A DNA stretch of 64,000 nt from Giardia intestinalis. Its lineage: Eukaryota. Below, one piece after another: positions 10,371 through 19,377 of the stretch. Below the pieces are notes generated by a model, which saw only the letters and a program-made list of their open reading frames with translations, was not told the DNA's origin and made no database searches. The DNA is taken from assembly GCA_000002435.2 (NCBI GenBank), contig CM018792.1, one strand, 5' to 3'. Each line of letters opens with the position of its first letter. The first letter of the stretch is position 1. The translations under genes were made by a program, and so were the position numbers.

Positions 10371-13256
10371 CTACCGGTCGTCGAAATTCCGAATGACCTG
10401 CTCATAGGAGGCGACGCCCTTGTTGAACTTGGTCATCAACGTTGCAATAAGCCCTCTGTTGTCCACAATTAGACTATAGACACTGTTTGCTATTGCAATC
10501 AGGCGAGTCATCTCAATGGCCTCTCGCTTTTTCAATAAGCTAGTCATTCTTTCGCTCCCCTTGACGCCCCGAGGACCGCTTTTCCCTTCCCTACTCTCTT
10601 CGTTGATTGTCACGATCTTTCTAATGAACTCGTCGTCTTCGTTGCTAATTATACAGAAGGTTTTGACTATGTGATGAGAATAGACAATGCAGTCATTGAA
10701 CAGTGTATCCAGAATATTAACTACGTTGTTGCTCACTAGGCCCAGTGACATAATGAGCCCATTTGCAAATGCTGACATTCCCGAGACAAGGTCATCCAGA
10801 GACTTTGCGTTAACAAGCGTATCTTGAAACTTTGCTATGCACTCAGTCAAGATTGTGACATACTGGAACTGCAAGCTGTGAATGAAGTCAAGCATGGTGA
10901 TGAGCATTTTGTATGCTACCCCAAAGAATATTATGATAGGGCTCTTGTCTGAACGCAAAGCATTCGCATACACCTCTATCTTGTCATGTGGTACTCGTTC
11001 CAACTTCCTCAGTCGCTGTAAGGTTGTCCATGCTTTTTGGAGCTCAATTTCAGATACCTTTGCTCTCAGAATATGCCTGAATACTAAGTTAAGCCGCTCC
11101 ATAACCGGTGTCGTGAGAACTAGATTGAGTGGATATGTCACATCGTATTGCAAACCTAATAGATTGAGGACTTTAGGATCAGGAGAATCTGTTGCTCTAT
11201 CGGGAACATATGTTTGTGGGTAGAGCACGCTATTAAGATGATGTTTGAAAAGCTCTGGGCACACAATAACGTTCATTCGCTCGTTGTAAGGGAGGTTTGC
11301 TAGCGATGAGGTCTTGATAACCATCTTGAACTTACTTCTTATTCGAAGGATATTCGCCACGCTTCGCGATAAAACAAGCTCGCTGATGGCAGACTCAACG
11401 AAGCACGACAAGAAGTCTCCGGCCATAACCAGATAGAAGGCATATATGTTTTGAAGATGACCCCTAAAGTCAAGATACTCAGGATTGATGAAGAAATCAA
11501 GCACCTTAGTTTGAACACGCGCGTTAATATCTATGAGCTGTTTATATAATCGAATATGGGCCAGCTCTAAGTCCCCAGTACTTCCGTCGCCACAGACCAA
11601 GGAGGCAACCGTCTCCTCCCCATGCCTAAAGCCTTGAGTAGTCTCTCCGGATGCTTCAGCAGAAAGCAGGAGAAGCTCCTGACCAGAAGCATTTGGGCCT
11701 TTGTCTATGTACTGCTTCTTTTTCCACTTCAGTAGAACGGTGCTCCTCCCAATATCACACAGATGAGTTTTGATGTTGTTGAGAAAAAGAGGGACCTGTG
11801 CATCGTCTACTTTAAACATTTGCATCCACGTGTTAATGGTTGTCTTCCCCTGCTCCTCTGCTAACTCCGTCGAGTGAGACTTCCTGATGAAAAAGTCTGC
11901 TGCATCCGAGTCTGGGATCACAGCTTCATTGATGTATCTGTCCATTATTCTACCCAAGGGTTTTAGCGATTCGGAGAGCAGATACTGGAAGACTTCTTTC
12001 ACAGATAGTCCACTAGACTGTAGCACAGCTGTTTCTAGCTGTTGCAGTAATGCACATCCCCTCACCACCCCGAGTCTACTACATAGGTCGGCAACATTCT
12101 CTAAAATAATGTGTATCTGTTTCGTTTTGACCTCTAAAGTCTGTAAACTTAGAGATCCTCTTTCAGCACTGCTCTGCATTTTCCCATAATGCTTTTTCGA
12201 CAAGTCTGCCAAATAAAAATCATACTCTTTTATTATGCAACGCAATGCTTGAGAGAATGCGTTAGCTATCCGTCCATACTCCGGAACTTGGTGTGTGTAA
12301 ATGGTGTTGACAATTTGAAAACGCGCGTGCGCATGGACGAGGACCCTCTGCGTCATTGCTACCAGTGTAGCCGGCAACTCGGTTGCGACTTCTTTTCTGA
12401 TCGTCACCACGTACTCCTTATTCTGCTCAGATACCTGTAAGTAAGTTGTCTGCATGCACCCTTGTAGAACAGCGATACAATCGGAGACAAGTAGGTGTTC
12501 TTGCAGCAGGCTATCATTCATTACCATGGGCTGTTGTATATGCGCTAGAGATATGAAGCTTCGTGAGACAAGATCAGATTGATTCTGCACCCCAAAAAAC
12601 CACATGGGAAACGTGATCCCTGCCTTTGAAAGCTCCATATTAGCATGCTGTGCGGACTGTATGGCAGTATTCAGTGCTATCTCGTTCAATGCTGATTCTC
12701 GTTCAGATTTTGTAGGTAGTGACGAAATTGCTTGCTGCTGCTGTAAAGTAAGGAGCGGCTTGGTTCCAGTATGCTTGCCTGCTACCTGGTCTTCAATGAG
12801 AGGTGCTGCTTGAGGATCAATCGCATTCATAAGCTTGTTCATGTTCTGTTGGGATAATGGCTGAGTGACGGCTCGCTTCTCCACTGAAGTTGGAATAACC
12901 GGCTGCTGAGATGCTTCCTGCTTCGGAAGAGCAGCAGTCGCTGGGTGAGATGCGATGGCAGTAACAAGAGACGCTACGTTTTGGGTTGTATTGTTTGATG
13001 ATAGCGCCGTTAGCCGTGTCATCACTGACTCTGACTTCAAAGGAGGTATGGATGGCTTAGAATCTGCAGGCTTGTCGGTAGTCTTCTCCGGGCTACTACG
13101 AGTGGGATGAGATACCACATTGCTTCCCAGCCTGCTGTACTTATTAACCAAATCCTGGACCTGCGAGGGAGGAGTCTTCCCTTCTGTTGCGAGCTTGGGA
13201 CTTCTGTGTAGGTTTAACAGTTCTTTTACTCGAGGGTCGGCAAACACGCTCGACAT
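10371..13256 (-). CDS. Gamma-tubulin complex component (GCP/Spc97-Spc98 family)
   Basis: The ORF-track start at 13328 would overlap the upstream gene. I chose the internal ATG at 13254-13256 (MSSVFADP...), which is preceded by AT-rich aaatattcaaatc. GCP hallmark region LLQQLE...DRYINEAVIPDSDAADFFI matches the conserved GCP motif W-I-x-E-G-x-L-x-D-P-x-x-EFF. Confidence 0.6.
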   Translation of the reverse strand: MSSVFADPRVKELLNLHRSPKLATEGKTPPSQVQDLVNKYSRLGSNVVSHPTRSSPEKTTDKPADSKPSIPPLKSESVMTRLTALSSNNTTQNVASLVTAIASHPATAALPKQEASQQPVIPTSVEKRAVTQPLSQQNMNKLMNAIDPQAAPLIEDQVAGKHTGTKPLLTLQQQQAISSLPTKSERESALNEIALNTAIQSAQHANMELSKAGITFPMWFFGVQNQSDLVSRSFISLAHIQQPMVMNDSLLQEHLLVSDCIAVLQGCMQTTYLQVSEQNKEYVVTIRKEVATELPATLVAMTQRVLVHAHARFQIVNTIYTHQVPEYGRIANAFSQALRCIIKEYDFYLADLSKKHYGKMQSSAERGSLSLQTLEVKTKQIHIILENVADLCSRLGVVRGCALLQQLETAVLQSSGLSVKEVFQYLLSESLKPLGRIMDRYINEAVIPDSDAADFFIRKSHSTELAEEQGKTTINTWMQMFKVDDAQVPLFLNNIKTHLCDIGRSTVLLKWKKKQYIDKGPNASGQELLLLSAEASGETTQGFRHGEETVASLVCGDGSTGDLELAHIRLYKQLIDINARVQTKVLDFFINPEYLDFRGHLQNIYAFYLVMAGDFLSCFVESAISELVLSRSVANILRIRSKFKMVIKTSSLANLPYNERMNVIVCPELFKHHLNSVLYPQTYVPDRATDSPDPKVLNLLGLQYDVTYPLNLVLTTPVMERLNLVFRHILRAKVSEIELQKAWTTLQRLRKLERVPHDKIEVYANALRSDKSPIIIFFGVAYKMLITMLDFIHSLQFQYVTILTECIAKFQDTLVNAKSLDDLVSGMSAFANGLIMSLGLVSNNVVNILDTLFNDCIVYSHHIVKTFCIISNEDDEFIRKIVTINEESREGKSGPRGVKGSERMTSLLKKREAIEMTRLIAIANSVYSLIVDNRGLIATLMTKFNKGVASYEQVIRNFDDR

Positions 13257-13267
13257 GATTTGAATAT

Positions 13268-14398
13268 TTAGATATTTTGGGCTAGTTCGGTGCACAAAGG
13301 CCCTGTCCACCCTGAAACACATACGCATGCGCTGGCTATGCAGACCCCATGATTCCCACAGACCTCGTTTAGTTCTGCATCAGTTATGCATGCTGTACTA
13401 TAACACATACTGGCGGTATTTATTGGTAAATCCTCGGTACAGGTGCATGCATAAAGCTCAGGCCCGTCTGAGTCGCCTGACACCATGAAACACGACCCAT
13501 AGTTACTACATTCCAGAGGTGTGCTGCTATTCACTGGATAGGAAATGCAAGACTTTGGAATACAGCGGTCTCTGGACGACATGTAGATACTAGCCTCGCT
13601 ACACGCATCACAGTATATGCCTTTATACGGCGCATGGCATGCACAGAAATGAGCAGAGCGACCCGCATCATACGTACAAACTCCATTGCCACTGCATTCT
13701 GTCAGAAGGCTACTCCGCACTTCAATCACGCATTCGGAAGCAACACATCTATTTTCGACTAACTGAAAACCTTTGTCACAGACACATGAATAGGTTGCTA
13801 CGTCATCCACTATCTGTTTGGTACATCGACCGTTAAGACACGGGATTCCGTTGCGAATGCATGTTAGAGGGTAGCACAGCTCTGATTCTAGCAGAGCTGC
13901 TTGGGGGCTACAATGGCAGTGAGGAACAGGTTGCAGTAGGCATCGACCAAGGGAAGAATCAACTGAGCTACAAAGCTGTTCGTTGGATACGCAATTCCTT
14001 GGGTGGCAGCCGTCCTGAGCAAAGAGGGTTCCCTCGTCGCACACAGGCTTTATGTGCTCACAGCTAACACCATAGTAGCGTGGGTCGCATTCGCACAGTC
14101 CCGCTCTGCAGAATCCGTGCCCACTGCATATGTTGGATGGATCCCCTCCAGTAAGGCAGTCCTGAGAGTAGCACACAAAGTCGATGGCAGTGCATCCAGA
14201 GATGCATGAGCAGTCGTATGCACCGTAAGCTGTGAGCACGCATAGCCCAGCATCTCCACACTCTCCCAGCGTCCCATCGGGGTACTCTGTAACGCAGGAC
14301 TCGGGGATACAAGTGGAGTCTACTTTTCTCGTACCAGGTGGACACACTATTGTCGGCAAAGCATTACACAGCAGACCACCCCAAATAAGGATCTGCAT
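13268..14398 (-). CDS. Secreted cysteine-rich EGF-repeat protein (tenascin-like/high-cysteine protein family), not a VSP
   Basis: Track start at 14476 is GTG. The first ATG (14396-14398) gives signal-peptide-like MQILIWGGLLCNALPTIVC. Multiple EGF-like modules, e.g. CSGHGFCRAGLCECDPRYYGVSCE. No CRGKA tail and no C-terminal TM. Confidence 0.55.
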   Translation of the reverse strand: MQILIWGGLLCNALPTIVCPPGTRKVDSTCIPESCVTEYPDGTLGECGDAGLCVLTAYGAYDCSCISGCTAIDFVCYSQDCLTGGDPSNICSGHGFCRAGLCECDPRYYGVSCEHIKPVCDEGTLFAQDGCHPRNCVSNEQLCSSVDSSLGRCLLQPVPHCHCSPQAALLESELCYPLTCIRNGIPCLNGRCTKQIVDDVATYSCVCDKGFQLVENRCVASECVIEVRSSLLTECSGNGVCTYDAGRSAHFCACHAPYKGIYCDACSEASIYMSSRDRCIPKSCISYPVNSSTPLECSNYGSCFMVSGDSDGPELYACTCTEDLPINTASMCYSTACITDAELNEVCGNHGVCIASACVCVSGWTGPLCTELAQNI

Positions 14399-14427
14399 AG
14401 CCAAACTGAGCAAATTAAATAATTGAA
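14399..14427. promoter_or_regulatory. 29-bp AT-rich bidirectional promoter/initiator region between divergent genes
   Basis: Sequence ttatttaatttgctcagtttgg / aaattaaataattgaa lies between the two divergent ATGs at 14398 (-) and 14428 (+). Matches the short AT-rich Giardia initiator style. Confidence 0.5.
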
Positions 14428-15426
14428 ATGGAGCGGGCAGGGAGCCGAAGAGGGTCAGAAGATAAGCCCCGTGCACCTACGACAGCACGAGGAAAGCGTA
14501 TCATGAAAGAGAGGGAGCCCAAGATTGTTGAAAATAATAAGAATACAATCTTTCTTTCAGGCTCCACTGCCAACAAGGACTGCAACGATCTCTTGAGGGA
14601 TCTCCTCTCTATGCGCGCCCCAATGGGTGTGCGCAGAAGATTCAGAGATAGGGAGGCCAATCCCTTTGTAGACGCCAGTGAGCTCGAGTTTTTGTCGCAG
14701 CGGGTTGATTGCTCCCTGTTCTGCACGGGAACAAGCTCGAAGAAGCGGCCATCCAATATAGTTATTGGTCGGATGTTTGATGGACAGGTGCTGGACATGG
14801 TTGAGCTGGGTATTGACCTCTACCTAGGCTTGACTGACATACACTCACCAAAGCCCCAATTCGGGACGAAGCCGGCCCTGATCTTCGAGGGGGACCTGTG
14901 GAGCAATGACACGATATTCGAGGGGTGTAAGTCTATCCTCATGGACTTCTTCCGGGGCCCCACGATCACGGCCATGGCCCATGCATCTCTGCGCTACTGC
15001 CATGTCTTCTATGCGGTCGGGTCCGAAGACTTGCAGACGCGTCGCATCCTTATGCGCACCTATTACCTGTGCACGAGCCGCGAGCTAGAGGAGAAGGAGA
15101 ATGTCAAGAAGCTCCACCAGGAGAGCTGCGGGGGGATCACTATCATCCCCATGGGACCCAACGTCGACTTCACCCTCCGACGGACGCGGATCCTCGACCG
15201 CTCGGAGATGGCTGCGGCCATGCGCCGGCAGCGCGCCAAGAAGGACCCCTCGAAGGTCCCGGGCGTCAAGAACGCAGAGTACGACGAGCTCGGCCGCGAG
15301 TTCGGGACCGTCTACGTCGACCGCCAGGACCTCGACAAGCTCGGCCTGCGGCGCTTCAAGGGGCTCCGCCGCGACCGGTCCGAGAGCGGGGAGGAAGGCG
15401 ACGGAGAGGAGAGCGCCAGCGAGTAA
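14428..15426 (+). CDS. RPF2: Ribosome production factor 2 (Brix-domain protein RPF2)
   Basis: 332 aa with ATG at 14428. N-terminal KPRAPTTARGKRIMKEREPKIVENNKNTIFLSGS matches RPF2 VKPKTKRAKRFLEKREPKLNENIKNAMLIKG. Brix-type fold downstream. Acidic, GC-rich C-terminal region. Confidence 0.7.
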   Translation: MERAGSRRGSEDKPRAPTTARGKRIMKEREPKIVENNKNTIFLSGSTANKDCNDLLRDLLSMRAPMGVRRRFRDREANPFVDASELEFLSQRVDCSLFCTGTSSKKRPSNIVIGRMFDGQVLDMVELGIDLYLGLTDIHSPKPQFGTKPALIFEGDLWSNDTIFEGCKSILMDFFRGPTITAMAHASLRYCHVFYAVGSEDLQTRRILMRTYYLCTSRELEEKENVKKLHQESCGGITIIPMGPNVDFTLRRTRILDRSEMAAAMRRQRAKKDPSKVPGVKNAEYDELGREFGTVYVDRQDLDKLGLRRFKGLRRDRSESGEEGDGEESASE

Positions 15427-15482
15427 ACTGGAGCAGGGACGTATGGGTATATGTCTGTTTCTCGCCCTGGGAGGGGACCGCT

Positions 15483-15564
15483 GGCGCTATGGCCGAGTGG
15501 TTAAGGCGGTTGACTCGAAATCAACTGTGCTCCGCACGCGTGGGTTCGAATCCCACTGGCGCCG
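15483..15564 (+). tRNA. tRNA-Ser (anticodon CGA)
   Basis: GGCGCTATGGCCGAGTGGTTAAGGCGGTTGACTCGAAATCAACTGTGCTCCGCACGCGTGGGTTCGAATCCCACTGGCGCCG. Type-II tRNA with long variable arm (GTGC/GCAC stem), anticodon stem GTTGA/TCAAC, anticodon loop CTCGAAA, GTTCGAATC T-loop, discriminator G73. Confidence 0.85.
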
Positions 15565-15619
15565 CTTGGCCCCGTAACAGCGCCCTCCACGCGCGTCCTG
15601 GCCGGAGCGGGCGGACGAC

Positions 15620-15693
15620 GCTCGTGTGGCGCAGCTGGTTAGCGCGTGTGACTTATGATCACGAGGTCGAGGGTTCGAGCCCCTCCTCGAGCA
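15620..15693 (+). tRNA. tRNA-Ile (anticodon UAU), apparently intron-less
   Basis: GCTCGTGTGGCGCAGCTGGTTAGCGCGTGTGACTTATGATCACGAGGTCGAGGGTTCGAGCCCCTCCTCGAGCA. Perfect D- and T-arms, anticodon stem TGTGA/TCACG, anticodon loop CTTATGA (U33, anticodon TAT). One U-U mismatch in the acceptor stem. 5' half resembles eukaryotic tRNA-Ile-UAU. Confidence 0.7.
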
Positions 15694-15695
15694 GT

Positions 15696-16121
15696 TTACT
15701 TCTGCGCCGCAACCACGTTGACGACCTCGACAAGGAGCCCCTCCTGCAGCTGGGCCCGGACGCAGCAGCGGCAGGGGCGCGTGGCTGGCACGCAGAAGAC
15801 CTCGCGGTAGAGCTCGTTGAAGCGGGCCTCCTCACTGTCGCTGAGAGACGTGGACAGGAAGATGTTGAGCGAAACGATATAGTCCAGACCAGAGTTGGCA
15901 TACTCTAGACACTTTCGGATGTTATCGAAGGTCTGACGCGTCTGCTCCTCGAGACCCTTGTGAAGAGTCCCAGACTTGTCGATGCCCACGGACCCGCCGA
16001 GGTAGACCATCCCGTTAACCACGGCTATCTGGCCGACGTTCTCGAACTTCACCACGTCTGGGCAGACAAGAAACGTAGGCGTGGGCATCCCTAAGTTTTT
16101 AGAAAGAATGCCATAAATCAT
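15696..16121 (-). CDS. RidA/YjgF/L-PSP family reactive-intermediate deaminase
   Basis: Track start at 16127 is TTG. ATG at 16119-16121 gives MIYGILSKNLGMPTPTF... The C-terminal region is RidA-like (GQIAVVNGMVYLGGSVGID...RCCVRAQLQEGLLVEVVNV). The stop codon abuts tRNA-Ile, 2 bp from its 3' end. Confidence 0.65.
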   Translation of the reverse strand: MIYGILSKNLGMPTPTFLVCPDVVKFENVGQIAVVNGMVYLGGSVGIDKSGTLHKGLEEQTRQTFDNIRKCLEYANSGLDYIVSLNIFLSTSLSDSEEARFNELYREVFCVPATRPCRCCVRAQLQEGLLVEVVNVVAAQK

Positions 16122-16499
16122 AAACAATATATAGATTTATAATGATAGATTCGCTGTGGTACCGACCGCAAAAACCTTACTAGAAGATAGAGCAACGCTT
16201 ACCTCTGGAGTAGTGATGCTGCGGCGCTCTATTCACAATCAGAAGAATCGCGCTGACAACCTTATCGACACCGGTTATATACTGCAGCATTCCCCCATAT
16301 CCAGTTAAATTGAAAGTCTGGTCTTGGCGACATAACTATAGCTGAAGGCCTACTCTGAAGATATAGGCTAATAAGTGACGGGATTCAAACTCTATCTAGA
16401 CCTCACGGTGTGATAGAATGAGGGCCTAAGGGATATCTTATTAAATATAAGACAGAAATCCATCAGTAACTTTAGACTGAGCGGCTTAAATCTTAAAAC

Positions 16500-18857
16500 C
16501 TATATTTTGTTACAAAATTCTATCAGACTCAATCCCTCATTGACCAAAACGCTGATATCCAGTGGAAGTGGATTGAGAATGATATTTCTCAAGATCTGTA
16601 AGCCACCGCGAGGCAGGTAGATCGACACTGCATTGATCATATGACTGACATCGCCGTACACAAGCCCTTTATCAGTACCGATGTTCACCACTAAGGTCAT
16701 GGCGACGCGGATCAGCCTGTCCCTCAACGTGAGTATGGAGTCCTCCATTTTCTTAAGGTTGCGGTGGCTACCCGAGGAACTCGATTTTGAAGGGGTTGGA
16801 CTATGAGACCCACCTCCTATCCGTTCCTCAAAGATACAAATGCTCTTGTGTTCAGGATCAAGTTCATGATTAATGGCTGATACCATGTCAAAAACTGCAG
16901 TCTGTAGTGACGTAAGGGCATTTTGTAACTGCGGATTGAGCTCACAGCTTCTGCTGAATGTAGCAATATCTAAGCTTAATTGATTCAAGGCTGGTTTATA
17001 CGAGGTAATCGGAAGTGGCTTTTGCAAAGAGTGCCTTGAACTTGATACCGATGGAGACGCGATAACCTCGAGATCCTTGAGATTTGGCTGGGCCTCTAGA
17101 GTAAAAAGATCGGCAGCGTCGACGGAGTCTTCACTAGTAGGAAGACATGGAGACAATGGTATATCTGAAAGGTAGTAAGAAATAAAGATTTCAGAATTCT
17201 CGACAGCATCCTTTTTAGCCAGGAAAGGAGAGGCTACATAGATCTTGCTAATTTTCTCCATCATTAGATCCACCTCTTCAGGAATAATATTTGCCACAGA
17301 AGAGGGTCGAGATAAAATTGACCGAATATCGGTCGCATTGGATCGCGACGGCTTTCGTTCCTGTTTTCGGGAGTATGAAGATGCATGCAGATCTTCGTAC
17401 TCTAACTGAGTGAGCCGTTCCGCGATTGGTTGGTCCTTACCAGGAGATAGACTATGGTGCGTAGGAGGGGTGTTTACCTGCACGAGGCTGGAGCTAGAGT
17501 AGCTGCGCTCATGCTTTGATGGTCTTACCGCACCAAAATCGTCTTCGCTTTCCTTTAGTCTGTTATCTGTCTGGGTAAATCGTCTAATTAGTAAACTCCT
17601 GGGTCGCACTGGACGATGAGCCAAGTCCTTGATGAATGAGGTCGGCACTACATTCTCAGCGCCCAGTGGGGTGCGCTCGGATACCTGGGCACCTGTCTCC
17701 AGTGTAGACGCTACCTTCTCAGATTGTGCCATTGCACTCGAAGAAGGAAGATCCAAGTTATCTAGATAGCTTGTATCGCTCATTAGAACGGAATTCAAGT
17801 GGGTTATTTGATATTCTTTGGACTTTAAGCCGGTTGCTTGTGGAGTACACGACTGATCACTTTGAACACCCGATCCAGCAGAAGGGTAAGTCTCTTCTGA
17901 GGTGTTAAGGAGAGTCTGTGCAGATCCCTTGTGCAGAGTTTTAAGGACAACAGAGCCTTTAGAATGACTTCCAGGCTGGTGCAGGGTGGAATTGAATTTT
18001 GTTCTGCGGTTTTCTAAAGTACGAGGAGGTGGCACTGGCGGAGACTCTTTCGCTAGTATTGGACTATGAGTACTACTGCATTGACCATTTTCCTTATTCT
18101 CTACATTATGGTTCGCTTGATCTATTTGAGGAAGAAGCTTAGGTGGCTGTCGTTCTGACGAATTGAGTTGTGGGATTCGGTTCCGCCTATGCTCACGCAC
18201 TCTATGGTTCTCGTGCCTTATCTCATTCACTACCTTGAATGCATCAGCTAAAAGGCTAGTTGTTGACAATGCGTCTACGTTGACTCGTACTGACGGATAT
18301 GTGTTGACAAATGAGCTTAGAGAAATTGGAAAGGGCGATTGAGGACTACCTAGAAGAGTGAAGAACCCCTTGTTGGGGACGACAGTCATATATGTTGGAA
18401 GATGAAACGCTTTATCCTTGGTAACCTTATCTAAAAGAGCAGAAAGGTCAAACACATTATCGCTCATGAGACCAAAAGCAATACTGCCTACAGCTGCGGC
18501 GAGACCTCGAAAGTGGTGGGCTCTGTGAGCTGCTGCTCGTGTGACACCAGAGTCTGTCCCGACGAAACACAACTGTACGATGCCGCACTGATGACTCGGT
18601 CGGATATTAGTGTGGACCCAAGCTTGTGACCCAACTTTAAACTGAGTACTCTTTACGAGAAGGAATGCATGAATACATACATCTTCTGCCATTCGAACTG
18701 CAAGCCCTTCAAAGCCATCTCTATCCGACTCCATATATGTAAGCGTCAAATTATCTTGCTGTCGCAATGAAACCCAGATATTGGGCTGGTCAGCGATTAG
18801 AAGTGCTTGAAGTGCTGCTCTGAATTGGCTTGGGTTCGTGATGCGAATTTGATCCAT
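16500..18857 (-). CDS. Hypothetical protein, large Ser/Pro-rich central region
   Basis: Long uninterrupted ORF. Track start is GTG; the first ATG is at 18855-18857 (MDQIRITNPSQ...). No recognisable domain. Confidence 0.45.
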   Translation of the reverse strand: MDQIRITNPSQFRAALQALLIADQPNIWVSLRQQDNLTLTYMESDRDGFEGLAVRMAEDVCIHAFLLVKSTQFKVGSQAWVHTNIRPSHQCGIVQLCFVGTDSGVTRAAAHRAHHFRGLAAAVGSIAFGLMSDNVFDLSALLDKVTKDKAFHLPTYMTVVPNKGFFTLLGSPQSPFPISLSSFVNTYPSVRVNVDALSTTSLLADAFKVVNEIRHENHRVREHRRNRIPQLNSSERQPPKLLPQIDQANHNVENKENGQCSSTHSPILAKESPPVPPPRTLENRRTKFNSTLHQPGSHSKGSVVLKTLHKGSAQTLLNTSEETYPSAGSGVQSDQSCTPQATGLKSKEYQITHLNSVLMSDTSYLDNLDLPSSSAMAQSEKVASTLETGAQVSERTPLGAENVVPTSFIKDLAHRPVRPRSLLIRRFTQTDNRLKESEDDFGAVRPSKHERSYSSSSLVQVNTPPTHHSLSPGKDQPIAERLTQLEYEDLHASSYSRKQERKPSRSNATDIRSILSRPSSVANIIPEEVDLMMEKISKIYVASPFLAKKDAVENSEIFISYYLSDIPLSPCLPTSEDSVDAADLFTLEAQPNLKDLEVIASPSVSSSRHSLQKPLPITSYKPALNQLSLDIATFSRSCELNPQLQNALTSLQTAVFDMVSAINHELDPEHKSICIFEERIGGGSHSPTPSKSSSSGSHRNLKKMEDSILTLRDRLIRVAMTLVVNIGTDKGLVYGDVSHMINAVSIYLPRGGLQILRNIILNPLPLDISVLVNEGLSLIEFCNKI

Positions 18858-19350
18858 ACACGGCACACCCGTGTTAGAAGATAACTGGAGATCAGTTTTT
18901 AAATTAGAGATTTACTCCGTCTTAACTTGTGTCTGTTTCAACTGACAAGGAGGCAAATGCCACTGTAAATCATCAGACAGTCTTTGCAGATCGTGGGGTC
19001 ATTGGAGATGCCTTTCTTTATGGGTGACAACGATTTGTCCAACCATTTATAGGTCTTTTCCGCTTGATCCTTTGCTTTGCACTATAAAGCTATCAGCCTA
19101 GACAACCCCCTACCTTTGACACCGGTGCATTGCTCTACAGCAATGTAGGGATGTGGACTGCGCTTATCTGCGGTCTCTCCACCATGCAGTCCTTGTCTTC
19201 TTAGTCCGCAGCTCCATGGTTGCACGCCAGCACGAGTCGCGCCGCCCGGCTGGGAGGACCCTGGGTCAGCGCCCCGGCCCACCAGTGTGAGGCGTTAGGC
19301 ACCCACTGTTCGCCCACGCCAGAACACTGCTCACCTGTCCACCACACAGC

Positions 19351-19365
19351 ATTTACTACCTAAGT
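19351..19365 (-). promoter_or_regulatory. VSP extended polyadenylation signal (ACTTAGGTAGTAAAT)
   Basis: Matches the Giardia VSP 3' consensus ACTYAGRTAGTRAAY. Lies 13 nt after the TAG stop of the truncated VSP. Confidence 0.6.
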
Positions 19366-19377
19366 ACGCAGCTAAGT

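Noticed and set aside
15069-15908. 279-aa and 158-aa plus-strand ORFs rich in Arg/Pro/Gly
   Set aside because: They run straight through two well-formed tRNA genes and the GC-rich 3' ends of RPF2 and RidA. This is a GC-richness artefact, not a gene.
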